In this document: positions 1 to 9,673 of the stretch, one piece after another
Position numbering within the stretch: the stretch's first letter is position 1
Layout of the letters: the number at the start of each line of letters is the position of its first letter
Sequence record: MF158044
Source of the DNA: Shigella phage Sf18
Length of the DNA: 64,000 nucleotides
Direction: 5' to 3' (one strand)
The notes under the pieces: model-generated
The model's database searches: none
What the model was told of the DNA's origin: nothing
What the model saw: the letters and a program-made list of their open reading frames with translations, nothing else
Position numbers and translations under genes: made by a program

Positions 1-1
1 G

Positions 2-1678
2 CTCTACACATATCTATCTGACCTGAAGATTAATGCCCCTACACCGTATCTGAATGGTCTGAGAGCTACAAAATCTGGCTACGCTTCATGCTGCCTAATT
101 AAAGCAAATGATACTGCTGAATCTCTTGGCATTGCTACAAAAGTAGCTTATGACATGACAACTAAGCAAGCAGGTATTGGTATGCTGATGGAGACCAGAA
201 CAATTGGTGATGGAATCCGACAAAACACTATTGAGCATATGGGAAAACTCCCTTATTATAAGCTTGTACGTGCTGCTGTAGAGGCTAATAAGCAGAAGAG
301 TCGTGGTGGTTCAGCTAATAACTTCTTCACTGCATTAGACCCACAGATTGAGGATTTGCTACGCTTGAAGCACCCTACAACGGTTCCTGCAAAGCGTATT
401 AATGAAATGGATTACTCATTTGGTGCAAATGATTACTTCTGGCAATGTGTACAGTACGATACAGATTGGTTGCTATTCTCTTACAAAGATGCACCAAGAC
501 TGTATGATATGTTCTACACAGCAAGTGCTGATGAATTTGCTATGGCAGTAGGTCACGCAGTTCATACAGGTGTTAAACATAAACGTGTAAAGGCTCGTGA
601 AGTTGCCAAGTTGTTTATCCAGCAACGTTATGCTACAGGGCGTATTTACCCGTTCTTTACTAACAACGCAAACTATCATACACCTTTCAAAGAACCTTTG
701 AAAATGTCAAACCTGTGTATGGAGATTGTCTTACCAGTTCACGGTTTTGAGGATGAAAGAGACCTGTATAGCTACACAGCCAAGAAAGAAGACGGTGAAG
801 TTGCTCTTTGCTTCTTAGCTAGTTTGGTTGCAGGGAGAATCACAGAAGATGAATACGCTGACGTTGCTTATTATGCTCTTGCAATGGTTGACTCCGTTAT
901 TGACCTTATGGATTATCCGTATCCGTCAATGCGTAACCATGTTCAGAAACGTCGTTCTGTTGGTATTGGTCTTACTAATGTGGCTCATTACCTTGCGAAG
1001 AACTATGTGAATTACTCATCAAGGGCTGGTAAAACTAAACTTCATGAGTTGGCTGAGATGCACTCTTACTTCTTGCATGAAGCATCTTTAAGACTCGCAA
1101 AAGAGCGTGGTGTACCAGAGTACATGCAGTTTACTAAGTACCCTGACGGTTGGGTTCCACCAAAGACTGCTAACAAGAAAATTGATGAAAAGCACGATGC
1201 AAAACTTCGTTATGATTGGGATGACCTGTCACATCGAATTAAAGAAAATGGTGGTATTCGTAACTCTGTGTTAGAGGCTTACATGCCTAATGAGAGTTCT
1301 TCTCTGGCAACTAACACGACAAACGGCCTGTACCCTATTCGTGACTTCATCTTAACTAAGAAGTCTGCAACTGGTAACGTTCTGTTTATTGTACCTGACT
1401 ATGAAGAGTTGAAGTATGTATATGAAATTGCTTGGGATATTGACACATTTGATATGATTGATTGCTATGCAATTGTTCAAAAATTCACTGGTCAAGCTAT
1501 CTCTTCAGATTTCTATGTTGACTACTCGAAGTCTAAGAAGGTATCATTAGAGCAAGCTTTGAAGTACATGATTTATGCAAACCTTGTTGGTTTGAAAACT
1601 ATGTACTACCTTAACAGTCGTATCGGTGTTGGTAAATCAGCACTACAAGATGCCTACTGTGAGGGTTGCGGCGTTTAG
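2..1678 (+). CDS. nrdA: ribonucleotide reductase class I large subunit (5' end lies upstream of window)
   Basis: Frame open from window start; catalytic-site motif SNLCMEI; immediately followed by nrdB. Confidence 0.85.
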   Translation, partial: LYTYLSDLKINAPTPYLNGLRATKSGYASCCLIKANDTAESLGIATKVAYDMTTKQAGIGMLMETRTIGDGIRQNTIEHMGKLPYYKLVRAAVEANKQKSRGGSANNFFTALDPQIEDLLRLKHPTTVPAKRINEMDYSFGANDYFWQCVQYDTDWLLFSYKDAPRLYDMFYTASADEFAMAVGHAVHTGVKHKRVKAREVAKLFIQQRYATGRIYPFFTNNANYHTPFKEPLKMSNLCMEIVLPVHGFEDERDLYSYTAKKEDGEVALCFLASLVAGRITEDEYADVAYYALAMVDSVIDLMDYPYPSMRNHVQKRRSVGIGLTNVAHYLAKNYVNYSSRAGKTKLHELAEMHSYFLHEASLRLAKERGVPEYMQFTKYPDGWVPPKTANKKIDEKHDAKLRYDWDDLSHRIKENGGIRNSVLEAYMPNESSSLATNTTNGLYPIRDFILTKKSATGNVLFIVPDYEELKYVYEIAWDIDTFDMIDCYAIVQKFTGQAISSDFYVDYSKSKKVSLEQALKYMIYANLVGLKTMYYLNSRIGVGKSALQDAYCEGCGV

Positions 1679-1733
1679 TTTGAATAACTATGAGGGTCGT
1701 AAAAGACCCTCTAAAATTAACTTGGAGAAAGGT

Positions 1734-2009
1734 ATGCTAGATTTAATTCGCAATGCGAGAATACGTAGCAAAGATAACTCACTATATTTATTTTATATTC
1801 CAAGACGGTCTTTGTATTATATTGCAGACTTAGACTTAAAAGTTAAGATGCCAGATGGTTCTTGGAAAGAACATATACGATATATTGATTGTTTTAATCC
1901 AAAGCAAACATATGCAAGACCACTTGATATGTTCAACAAGGACAAATGGGTTGTTATGACAACAACTGAAGCCAGAAACTTTCTAGATACAGGAATCTTA
2001 CCAGAATGA
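1734..2009 (+). CDS. hypothetical protein
   Basis: ORF with GGAG RBS about 8 nt upstream; stop overlaps nrdB start (ATGA); ORF-track start 1626 overlaps nrdA. Confidence 0.45.
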   Translation: MLDLIRNARIRSKDNSLYLFYIPRRSLYYIADLDLKVKMPDGSWKEHIRYIDCFNPKQTYARPLDMFNKDKWVVMTTTEARNFLDTGILPE

Positions 2010-3079
2010 TTAACCCACATCCAATTTTCTTAGGCGGTGAACGAAAAACTTTCGATTCACTGAATAAACACTATCCAAAAATCTTTGAACTGTATAAGCA
2101 GCAGAAAGCACAAGACTGGTCTGAAGATGAGTTCCCATTTGAACAGTCACGTTTAGACTTTGAGAGTGTCCCTCAGTCAATGTCTGGTGTAATGCTTGAG
2201 ATTCTGAAATGGCAATGGGAAGCAGATACACAGGTTGCTAAGAGTTTAGCTTTTGCCTTTGCACCATTCATCTCTGATGATATCTATGCAACTGCTATCA
2301 TGAAGCAATCAGAAATTGAGAACCTTCATGCACTAACTTATTCAGAGATTGTTCGTCAGTGTATCAAGAACCCTGAAACAATCCTTGATGAGATTAACCA
2401 GAATGCTGCTGTTCAGGACAGATTGAAGACTGTGAACAGAGCACTGGCAGAATTACTTGACGAAGGTATTAACTATCGTTTAAGCTATGTTCGTCAAGAG
2501 TTAATGGAGAAAGACCCTTTACACTTCCACAAAGTAATCTTGAAAGGTCTCTTTGCAGTAACAGCACTTGAGGGTATTTCCTTCATGGCATCCTTTGCAT
2601 GTACCTTTGCACTTGATGCACAAGATAAATTCCAAGGGATTGCACAAGCAGTACAGAAAATTATGCTTGACGAAATCATTCACACAAAGATTGATATCGA
2701 AGCATTAAAAGAAACTTTGAAAGATGAAGAGTGGCAAGAAGCTTTCCGTCAAGTACTCCCAGAAATTAAAGTAATTCTGGATGAAGTAGTTGAAAGTGAA
2801 GAGAAATGGTCTTATTATATCTTCTCTGAAGGACGTGCTGTTGTAGGTTTGAATACAAAACTTCTTCACGAATGGGTTTACTACAACGCTGCTCCATTGT
2901 ATGATATGTTTGGTATTCCAAGAGACTTTGTAGCTCCTAAAGAACCACCTTTGAAATATATGATTAAGAAGATGGAAATTGATAAAGAGCAAAACGCTAA
3001 CCAAGAACAACAAAATGGTGCGTACCTTTTGAATACTGTTGTTGATGATTTAAATTCAGGATTTTTAGAGGTTCCTTAA
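2006..3079 (+). CDS. nrdB: ribonucleotide reductase class I small subunit
   Basis: 357 aa; position directly after nrdA; ferritin-like helical protein; family assignment by recognition. Confidence 0.8.
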   Translation: MINPHPIFLGGERKTFDSLNKHYPKIFELYKQQKAQDWSEDEFPFEQSRLDFESVPQSMSGVMLEILKWQWEADTQVAKSLAFAFAPFISDDIYATAIMKQSEIENLHALTYSEIVRQCIKNPETILDEINQNAAVQDRLKTVNRALAELLDEGINYRLSYVRQELMEKDPLHFHKVILKGLFAVTALEGISFMASFACTFALDAQDKFQGIAQAVQKIMLDEIIHTKIDIEALKETLKDEEWQEAFRQVLPEIKVILDEVVESEEKWSYYIFSEGRAVVGLNTKLLHEWVYYNAAPLYDMFGIPRDFVAPKEPPLKYMIKKMEIDKEQNANQEQQNGAYLLNTVVDDLNSGFLEVP

Positions 3080-3321
3080 TGACTTATGTAATTTACTCAA
3101 AAGATGGATGCCCACAGTGTGTGACTGCTAAGAACTTTGCTCAGGCTCGTGGCTTAGACCATGTTGTAAGAATGCTTGGGAAAGATTATGAGCTAAGTGA
3201 CCTGATGGATATTGCAAAGATACCTGTTCGTCAGATGCCTTTCATTATGAAGGTTGAAGACAATGAAATGAAACCTGTTGGAACACTACAGAACTTTATG
3301 GCAGAGGTGAATAATGCTTAA
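3079..3321 (+). CDS. glutaredoxin/thioredoxin-like redoxin
   Basis: 80 aa with CPQC active-site motif near N-terminus; located in nrd cluster. Confidence 0.65.
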   Translation: MTYVIYSKDGCPQCVTAKNFAQARGLDHVVRMLGKDYELSDLMDIAKIPVRQMPFIMKVEDNEMKPVGTLQNFMAEVNNA

Positions 3322-3514
3322 ACGTTTATGGGATGGTTTTGTTGAAGATGCTCCGATGATTGCTCTGGCATTCATGGTTACTAGCCTGTTTACTGATTTA
3401 AAACAAGGTGCTCTATTTGGAGCTATGCTAGTATGGGTTATCTTTGAGATATTAGATATCAAACATGATTTGAGTGGAAAGCTTAAAAAGCTTATTGAAA
3501 AGTTTTCTAAGTAG
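3314..3514 (+). CDS. small hydrophobic protein
   Basis: 66 aa ORF overlapping previous stop; hydrophobic core; followed by terminator. Confidence 0.35.
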   Translation: MLKRLWDGFVEDAPMIALAFMVTSLFTDLKQGALFGAMLVWVIFEILDIKHDLSGKLKKLIEKFSK

Positions 3515-3525
3515 AATTAATATAA

Positions 3526-3548
3526 GGGTCTCTTCGGAGACCTTTTTT
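3526..3548 (+). terminator. rho-independent terminator
   Basis: GGTCTC-ttcg-GAGACC hairpin followed by TTTTTT. Confidence 0.6.
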
Positions 3549-3563
3549 GCATTAGGAGTCAGA

Positions 3564-5708
3564 ATGGTTAAAGTACAAATTATTAAGAAAGACGGTTCAC
3601 TGGAAAACCCAAATGTAAATAAAATCGTCGAAGCAGTTACCAAGTCAGCTAATAGAGTTGGCTACAAAGAGTTACCACTAGAAGTTATCCATGCTCTTGA
3701 ATCAGCCTTTATGAGACTGCTTGTCAGAGCAACTAATCAGAATGCTATGCTCATCTCTGTAGATGATGTTCACAGTATTGTGGAAGGAACTCTGGCAGAG
3801 GTAAACCATGAAATCTATGAGTCATATTCAACCTACAGAAACTATCGTAAAGAGGTTGCACAGAATTGGGATGAACTTTACCAGAAAACTAAAGACACAC
3901 TCTTCTTAGGTGACCGTGAGAATGCTAACTTTGATAGTAGCTTAATCTCTACAAAAGGTTCAATCATCCGTGGGTATCTGACAAAAGAAATCTTTAAGCA
4001 GTATCACTTGACACCAGAAGAAGCAAGTGCTATTGAAGATGGTTTCATTTATATCCATGACTTAAGAGATTTAATCTTCGGTGGTATTAACTGTTGCTTG
4101 TTTGACATTGGAAGCGTCTTGAAAGGTGGTTTTGAAATGTCCGGCATTGAATACTGCGAACCAAAGTCTGTACTTTCAGCTTTACAGGTTATTGGTGACG
4201 TTGTACTCTCAGCAACTGCACAGCAATTTGGTGGATTTACTATCCCAGAGATTGACAAGGTTCTTGTGCCATATGCTAAGAAGTCTTTTGAGTATCATCT
4301 GGAGAAAGCAAAGCAGTATAATATCACAGGGAGAGGTGGTGCATACCACTATGCTAAAGAGCAACTCCAGATTGAACTGACCCAAGGTTTCCAATCTCTG
4401 GAAATGAAGCTAAACACTGTCCCTTGCAGCCGTGGTGACTTTGCATTTACAACATTAACATTTGGTTTACTTGAACCAGATATGGCTAGTGAAGACAACC
4501 GATTGCAATTTATGATTGCGAAGACTATTCTTGATGTGAGAATGAATGGTCAAGGTAAGTCTAAGAAGCCTGTTGTATTCCCTAAACTGGTTTACATTTA
4601 TGATGAGACAAGACATATGCTAGACCCTTGGCAGGGAACTCTTTATGACAAAGCTATTGAGTGCTGTTCTAAAGCTATGTACCCAGACTTCTTAAGTGTT
4701 TCTGGTCATGGTTCTGTTGCAGAAGCTTTTGAGCGTTCAGGTGCAGTCATCTCTCCAATGGGTTGCAGAGCTTTCTTATCACCATATTATGATGAAGATG
4801 GTAAAGAGTTCTACACAGGGCGAGCAAACATTGGTGCAGTATCTCTTAATCTGCCAATGATTTACAAGTATTCTGAAGAGAATTGTTTAGACTTCTGGAC
4901 AGAACTTGACAAGTATCTTGAGATGATTAGAAGCTTCCATAAAAAACGTTATGAGATGATTGCTAATATGCCAGCAAGCTCTAACCCTCTAGCATTCACA
5001 CAAGGTGGTTTGTATAAAGGTCATAAGAAGCCAACTGACAAGATTGGTTGGGATACTGTGAAATCTTTTACAGCCTCTTTTGGTGTCACTGCATTGGATG
5101 AGTTAACAGTACTTGCACAAGGTAAAAGATTACATGAGTCAGACGGTGATATTGCAAGTAAGGTTTTAAACTACCTGAATGGCAAACTGGAGCAGTTTAA
5201 ACAGGAAGATGGTTTCTTGTATGCCCTCTATGGTACACCTGCTGAGAGCCTTTGTGGTACGCAATTGAAGCAGTTTAGAAACATGTTTGGAGTTGTTAAA
5301 GGTGTATCTGATAAAGAATACTTTACAAACAGCTTCCACATGAATGTTGGTGCAGATATTACACCATTTGAAAAGCAAGACTTAGAAGAACCTTTCTTCC
5401 ATGCTTGTAATGGTGGTCATATCCAGTACGTTCGTATTGCTAATCCAGAGAATCATAAAGCTATTAGGGCTTGTGTGACAAGAGGTATGGGTAAAGGTTT
5501 CTATCAAGGTGTTAACTTTGACTTGGCAATCTGTGAGAATTGTGGTCACCGTCCAAGTGCAGATGTTGAATTGTGTCCTAAGTGCAACTCACACGATATC
5601 TCTGTGATTAACCGTGTTTGTGGTTATCTTGGCTGGACTAAGATTAAAGGTACTTCCAGAATGAATGATGCAAAAATTGCTGAAATTCAGGATAGAAAAT
5701 CTATGTAA
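3564..5708 (+). CDS. nrdD: anaerobic ribonucleoside-triphosphate reductase (class III)
   Basis: ATG with AGGAG RBS (ORF-track start 3474 lies inside terminator); C-terminal glycyl-radical motif RVCGYLG and CxxC...CxxC zinc ribbon. Confidence 0.9.
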   Translation: MVKVQIIKKDGSLENPNVNKIVEAVTKSANRVGYKELPLEVIHALESAFMRLLVRATNQNAMLISVDDVHSIVEGTLAEVNHEIYESYSTYRNYRKEVAQNWDELYQKTKDTLFLGDRENANFDSSLISTKGSIIRGYLTKEIFKQYHLTPEEASAIEDGFIYIHDLRDLIFGGINCCLFDIGSVLKGGFEMSGIEYCEPKSVLSALQVIGDVVLSATAQQFGGFTIPEIDKVLVPYAKKSFEYHLEKAKQYNITGRGGAYHYAKEQLQIELTQGFQSLEMKLNTVPCSRGDFAFTTLTFGLLEPDMASEDNRLQFMIAKTILDVRMNGQGKSKKPVVFPKLVYIYDETRHMLDPWQGTLYDKAIECCSKAMYPDFLSVSGHGSVAEAFERSGAVISPMGCRAFLSPYYDEDGKEFYTGRANIGAVSLNLPMIYKYSEENCLDFWTELDKYLEMIRSFHKKRYEMIANMPASSNPLAFTQGGLYKGHKKPTDKIGWDTVKSFTASFGVTALDELTVLAQGKRLHESDGDIASKVLNYLNGKLEQFKQEDGFLYALYGTPAESLCGTQLKQFRNMFGVVKGVSDKEYFTNSFHMNVGADITPFEKQDLEEPFFHACNGGHIQYVRIANPENHKAIRACVTRGMGKGFYQGVNFDLAICENCGHRPSADVELCPKCNSHDISVINRVCGYLGWTKIKGTSRMNDAKIAEIQDRKSM

Positions 5709-5720
5709 GTAGTTGACAAG

Positions 5721-5757
5721 GTGGTGTAGGTCTTGATAGGCTTACATCACCTTTTTT
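5721..5757 (+). terminator. rho-independent terminator after nrdD
   Basis: 11-bp stem (two G-U pairs), 9-nt loop, TTTTTT. Confidence 0.55.
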
Positions 5758-5777
5758 ATTGAGTATGGAATTAACGT

Positions 5778-6035
5778 ATGAGCTATGATTTTTGGCCTAA
5801 ATTTTGGTTATGGTTTCTTGGGATTGCATTAGTAATTCTGATAGGTTTTGCTGTGTATGACAGTTACCACACTAAGCTTTGGATGACTGCAAACCATTGT
5901 CAGCAAACGTCACAGAGTAGAAATTACCTATACTATATGACAGTCATATCAGGCAACACTACAATCATCGTCCCACAAATCGGGACAGAGTACCTGTATG
6001 TTTGTGATAACAACCAAACAATATGGTGGTATTGA
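5778..6035 (+). CDS. hypothetical membrane protein
   Basis: 85 aa ORF with N-terminal hydrophobic helix (FWLWFLGIALVILIGFAV). Confidence 0.35.
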   Translation: MSYDFWPKFWLWFLGIALVILIGFAVYDSYHTKLWMTANHCQQTSQSRNYLYYMTVISGNTTIIVPQIGTEYLYVCDNNQTIWWY

Positions 6036-6131
6036 TGATGATTAAGACATTCTTGTTAGTCACCTTAGTAGGCTCTGTCTTACTAGGTTTCTTGTTAGGG
6101 CTTTTATACAACACATTGAAAGGAAAGAGAA

Positions 6132-6524
6132 ATGACTAAATTAAATAAAAATCAAATGAACTGGCTTAAAGACTATGCTTTAGAGTGTGGCTCTTGTGAG
6201 AAAACTCACAGAAAATACTCAGAGTTTTACATAGCATGTACCCTTTTAATAACTGATTCTGTTATTGATGATGCAAAGGATGATGACATTGAACTCCCTG
6301 CGGAGTTGAGTGATAAAGTCTTAGTAGTAACTGGAACATGGTCAGATTCATATGGTACAGAGATTGGTGACCTGTCATTCTACAGCATTGAACAAACAAT
6401 GAATCCTAAGTACGTTGCTTTGATGACTCGTGCTCAGGAAGATGAACTGCTTCAGGAATTTATTAAAGAGCATTGTGAAGAGTACGTCACAAAACATGTA
6501 AGTTTTGAAGTTGAGGTGTGCTAA
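6132..6524 (+). CDS. hypothetical protein
   Basis: 130 aa ORF; stop overlaps nrdG start (TAATG). Confidence 0.4.
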   Translation: MTKLNKNQMNWLKDYALECGSCEKTHRKYSEFYIACTLLITDSVIDDAKDDDIELPAELSDKVLVVTGTWSDSYGTEIGDLSFYSIEQTMNPKYVALMTRAQEDELLQEFIKEHCEEYVTKHVSFEVEVC

Positions 6525-7009
6525 TGAACTACATGGAAATACGAAAATTCGATACAGCAAACGGGGAAGGTGCTCGTGTCAGTCTTTTTGTAGCTGGCTG
6601 CAAGCATCACTGTGAAGGTTGTTTTAACAAGGAATCTTGGAAGTTTAATGCTGGTAAAGAGTTTACTTATGCAAACCTTTATGGCATTATGCAGATAATG
6701 AATGATGATGGAATCAGTGGTCTATCTATCCTTGGTGGAGAGCCACTTGATGATAGGAATGTTCAGACAGTAACAAATATCTGTAAGCGGATTAAAACCG
6801 TATACCCAGACAAATCTATATGGTTATGGACAGGTTACCAGCTACATGAAAAAATTAACTTAGAAGTGATGAAATATGTTGACGTGGTAATAGATGGCAA
6901 GTATGATGCTTCTAAACCAACACACAAACCATATCGTGGGTCTGACAATCAAATACTTTGGAGAAAAGAATATGGCTGGCAAGGCGACTGTCAATGGAGA
7001 GCAGAATAG
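6524..7009 (+). CDS. nrdG: anaerobic ribonucleotide reductase activating protein (radical SAM)
   Basis: CKHHCEGC (CxxxCxxC) cluster motif; downstream of nrdD; ATG at 6524 chosen over GTG at 6518. Confidence 0.8.
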   Translation: MNYMEIRKFDTANGEGARVSLFVAGCKHHCEGCFNKESWKFNAGKEFTYANLYGIMQIMNDDGISGLSILGGEPLDDRNVQTVTNICKRIKTVYPDKSIWLWTGYQLHEKINLEVMKYVDVVIDGKYDASKPTHKPYRGSDNQILWRKEYGWQGDCQWRAE

Positions 7010-7034
7010 AGCGGGTTTTCGAAGAGGTGAGATT

Positions 7035-7292
7035 ATGACCATCTCTTGCAATAGCTCACTGTTTGGAGAGTATAAGGTTAACCCTAACACTCTTGAAGAT
7101 TGGCAGAAGTACACAAAGAGTCTTTTTGATACAACTGGATTAGACGCTTTAAAAAAGCTTGCAGAAGTTGAAGTTTTCAGAGTAAAATATAAGTCACACA
7201 TGTCAAACTTCTACGCAACAAATATTGTTGAAGATGACAAAGTGGTTTCCGTAACAGAAGAAGAACTGAAGCAGTTCTGTATTAAACTTTAA
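7035..7292 (+). CDS. hypothetical protein
   Basis: In-frame ATG with GAGGTGA RBS; ORF-track start 6894 overlaps nrdG; start uncertain (6972 also possible). Confidence 0.35.
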   Translation: MTISCNSSLFGEYKVNPNTLEDWQKYTKSLFDTTGLDALKKLAEVEVFRVKYKSHMSNFYATNIVEDDKVVSVTEEELKQFCIKL

Positions 7293-7309
7293 TAGAGAGA
7301 GATATTAAA

Positions 7310-7573
7310 ATGGGAATTTTTTCAAACATGAAAGCAGGTTTCTTAGCAGCTCTGGCAAAAGCAGCAGCTATCGTTTCAATGACTGGTAAGCAGGTTGGAG
7401 TAGACGCTTCAGCAGTTGCACAGGTTCTTGCAAGCCAGATTGAACAGCAACCTTACATCCATGTTGGACGTGGTAAAGGTGGTAAGAAGCAAGCTCATCG
7501 CCAAACTGGTGCAGCAGCAATTAAACGTGCAGCTAAAAAAGCTCGCAACCGCAACCGTAAACGTAGCAAGTAA
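7310..7573 (+). CDS. hypothetical protein with highly basic C-terminus
   Basis: 87 aa ORF; Ala-rich N-terminus, KRAAKKARNRNRKRSK tail. Confidence 0.4.
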   Translation: MGIFSNMKAGFLAALAKAAAIVSMTGKQVGVDASAVAQVLASQIEQQPYIHVGRGKGGKKQAHRQTGAAAIKRAAKKARNRNRKRSK

Positions 7574-7584
7574 GGATTATTAAA

Positions 7585-7896
7585 ATGGAAAAGATTTATA
7601 ACACTCGTAAAATTCAGATTTCTATCCTGTGCCAGTTTATGGCTGATAAACACAACTCCCACTATTGTGGTACAGGTTTCCTTACTCTAGGTGGTGGCTA
7701 CATTAGCTTCAAAGAAGCTGTGAAGATATATAATGAGCACCCTGAAGATGATAAAGAGTTAAAACAACTGAAGCTTACTTATGACAAGAAGCGTAAGAAA
7801 ATCATTTGTTTAAACAACCTTATCAAGCCAACTGAAAACGTTTATGATGCAATTGGTGAAGAAGGTTTCTTAAAAGTCTTGAAAATAGCTCAGTAA
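7585..7896 (+). CDS. hypothetical protein
   Basis: 103 aa ORF followed by rho-independent terminator. Confidence 0.4.
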   Translation: MEKIYNTRKIQISILCQFMADKHNSHYCGTGFLTLGGGYISFKEAVKIYNEHPEDDKELKQLKLTYDKKRKKIICLNNLIKPTENVYDAIGEEGFLKVLKIAQ

Positions 7897-7908
7897 ACGT
7901 ATATGATT

Positions 7909-7938
7909 AGGGAACTGTAAAAGGTTCCCTTTTTATTT
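7909..7938 (+). terminator. rho-independent terminator
   Basis: AGGGAAC-tgtaaaag-GTTCCCT then TTTTATTTT. Confidence 0.6.
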
Positions 7939-7948
7939 TGGAGAAATC

Positions 7949-8464
7949 ATGTACCATTCAAATCTGAAACGTGCTGCTGCAATGTCTGTTCTTCGTCTTG
8001 ATTTTGATGAGCGTCAAGAGTTCATCGAGTCACATCAGTATGACCCCTCAAATTCTAATCACATGGTGCTTTGGAACCGTGGTAAGTTCCGTGATAGTGC
8101 CTTGTTCCAGTACTACCCTCATTACACTATTGACAACCTCTATGAATACTGCGTTGTCAAGAACACTATTGCAACCCTTAATAAGCTTTGTAGATATTCT
8201 GGAAAGAAAGCTTTCACATTAGGCCACCATAAGCCCGTGACAAAAGGTGGAGAGCACCATTGCTCTAACTGGTTTATCCAGACTCAAGAGGATAACCAGA
8301 AGCAGGGAGAGAAGCTTCCAGAAGCCCCTAAGATGACTTGGGAAGAACAGAAAGCATATCTTAAAAATAATATGCCACCAATGCTTGACAGAGAATACGC
8401 ATTTCTGGCAATATCACTCTTGTTGAAGCTTGAGACAGTTTATGAGGCAACTTATCATGGCTAG
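7949..8464 (+). CDS. HNH endonuclease-like protein
   Basis: Motif GHHKPVTKGGEHHCSNW...N..K resembles HNH nuclease core. Confidence 0.5.
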   Translation: MYHSNLKRAAAMSVLRLDFDERQEFIESHQYDPSNSNHMVLWNRGKFRDSALFQYYPHYTIDNLYEYCVVKNTIATLNKLCRYSGKKAFTLGHHKPVTKGGEHHCSNWFIQTQEDNQKQGEKLPEAPKMTWEEQKAYLKNNMPPMLDREYAFLAISLLLKLETVYEATYHG

Positions 8465-8735
8465 AGAACAATGGGATATCAAAGAGCTTATTAGCGAAGC
8501 TGGAAATGGTAGTGAGATGTATATGATACGTGGTCACGTCCCAGATGCACTTGCTATTGAGATGATAGACCACTACTCCAACGGATTCTATAAAGAGTTT
8601 GGAGAGCCAAATATTGAACGTACTTGGACAAAACCAGTACCAGACGGAACAGGAAACTGTTCAGTTATCTACCACATTGTAGACCCAAAGAAATGTAAAT
8701 CAGCTATGGCTGTAACATTTGTAACTTTTGACTGA
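8457..8735 (+). CDS. hypothetical protein
   Basis: In-frame ATG at 8457 overlapping previous stop; ORF-track start 8430. Confidence 0.4.
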   Translation: MAREQWDIKELISEAGNGSEMYMIRGHVPDALAIEMIDHYSNGFYKEFGEPNIERTWTKPVPDGTGNCSVIYHIVDPKKCKSAMAVTFVTFD

Positions 8736-8747
8736 GAGAGAGATATT

Positions 8748-9629
8748 ATGAAAACTACTATTCGAGTTCTACTTAATTCAAATTCCAAAGGTTCTCATCA
8801 AGAGACCTTCAACATTATCCAGTTCCCTTCTGGGGAGATTGGTGGTAACTTCTCAGAAGACTTAGTAGACTTTGCTGAACATGCTGCTGGTAAGATTGAA
8901 AACGTAATATTCACTGTACAAGGTTATGACAAAGACACACTCTTTGCATTGGCTATGGCTAAAGAGGCTATTGACCGTTTGATTCCTCAGAAAGCAACCA
9001 TGAAAACTGTTCTTTTTGGATTCTTACCAAATGCTCGCTATGACCGTCACATGTTTAAAGGCGATTCAGCAGCACTTAAAGTCTTTGCAAATCTTGTAAA
9101 TGCTATGGGGTTTGATGCAGTATGTGCTCTGGATACTCACAGTAATGTAGCAGAGAACTTGTTTAAGTGCTTCTACAACATCCCTCAAAAAGAGGCAGCA
9201 GTCCACTTTGCAAGTGACCCACGCATTGATTACTTAGTGGCTCCAGATGCAGGTGCAGCTAAGAAGACTGAAGAGGCTGCTAAAGAGGTTGAGAAACCTT
9301 ATATCACAATGGCAAAGGTACGAAACCTGAAAACTGGTGAAATCACTGGTATGCGAATCCTTGATGATGTAGACTTAACAGGTAAGACTGTTATGATTCT
9401 GGATGATATCTGTGATGGTGGTCGAACCTTTATCGAGGCTGCAAAGTATCTTCGTGAAGCTGGAGCAGAACGTGTAGAGCTTTATGTTACTCATGGGATT
9501 TTCTCTAAAGGTGTTGAAAATCTTCTTGACAATGGCATCGACCATATCTACACTACAGACTCACTAGGGGATGAAAAAGACCGTGGTCTTTCCCACTTCT
9601 CACAAGTGACAGTAGCAAATATTGAATAA
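8748..9629 (+). CDS. ribose-phosphate pyrophosphokinase (Prs)-like protein; candidate ADPR-pyrophosphate synthetase
   Basis: PRPP-synthetase family motifs FPSGEIGG, LPNARYDR, VAPDAGAAKK, ILDDICDGGRT, THGIFS. Confidence 0.75.
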   Translation: MKTTIRVLLNSNSKGSHQETFNIIQFPSGEIGGNFSEDLVDFAEHAAGKIENVIFTVQGYDKDTLFALAMAKEAIDRLIPQKATMKTVLFGFLPNARYDRHMFKGDSAALKVFANLVNAMGFDAVCALDTHSNVAENLFKCFYNIPQKEAAVHFASDPRIDYLVAPDAGAAKKTEEAAKEVEKPYITMAKVRNLKTGEITGMRILDDVDLTGKTVMILDDICDGGRTFIEAAKYLREAGAERVELYVTHGIFSKGVENLLDNGIDHIYTTDSLGDEKDRGLSHFSQVTVANIE

Positions 9630-9673
9630 CAACTTTAGGGGCTGAAAAGCCCCACTTTGAGAGAGATAAAAAG

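Noticed and set aside
473-3013. Short antisense ORFs within nrdA and nrdB (for example 473-679, 2494-2679, 2705-3013 minus strand)
   Set aside because: Embedded antisense in strongly supported enzyme genes; no translation signals.
2006-5708. Group I intron or homing endonuclease within nrdB or nrdD, as in some T-even phages
   Set aside because: Both genes read as single uninterrupted ORFs of normal length with conserved motifs at both ends; nothing indicates an insertion.
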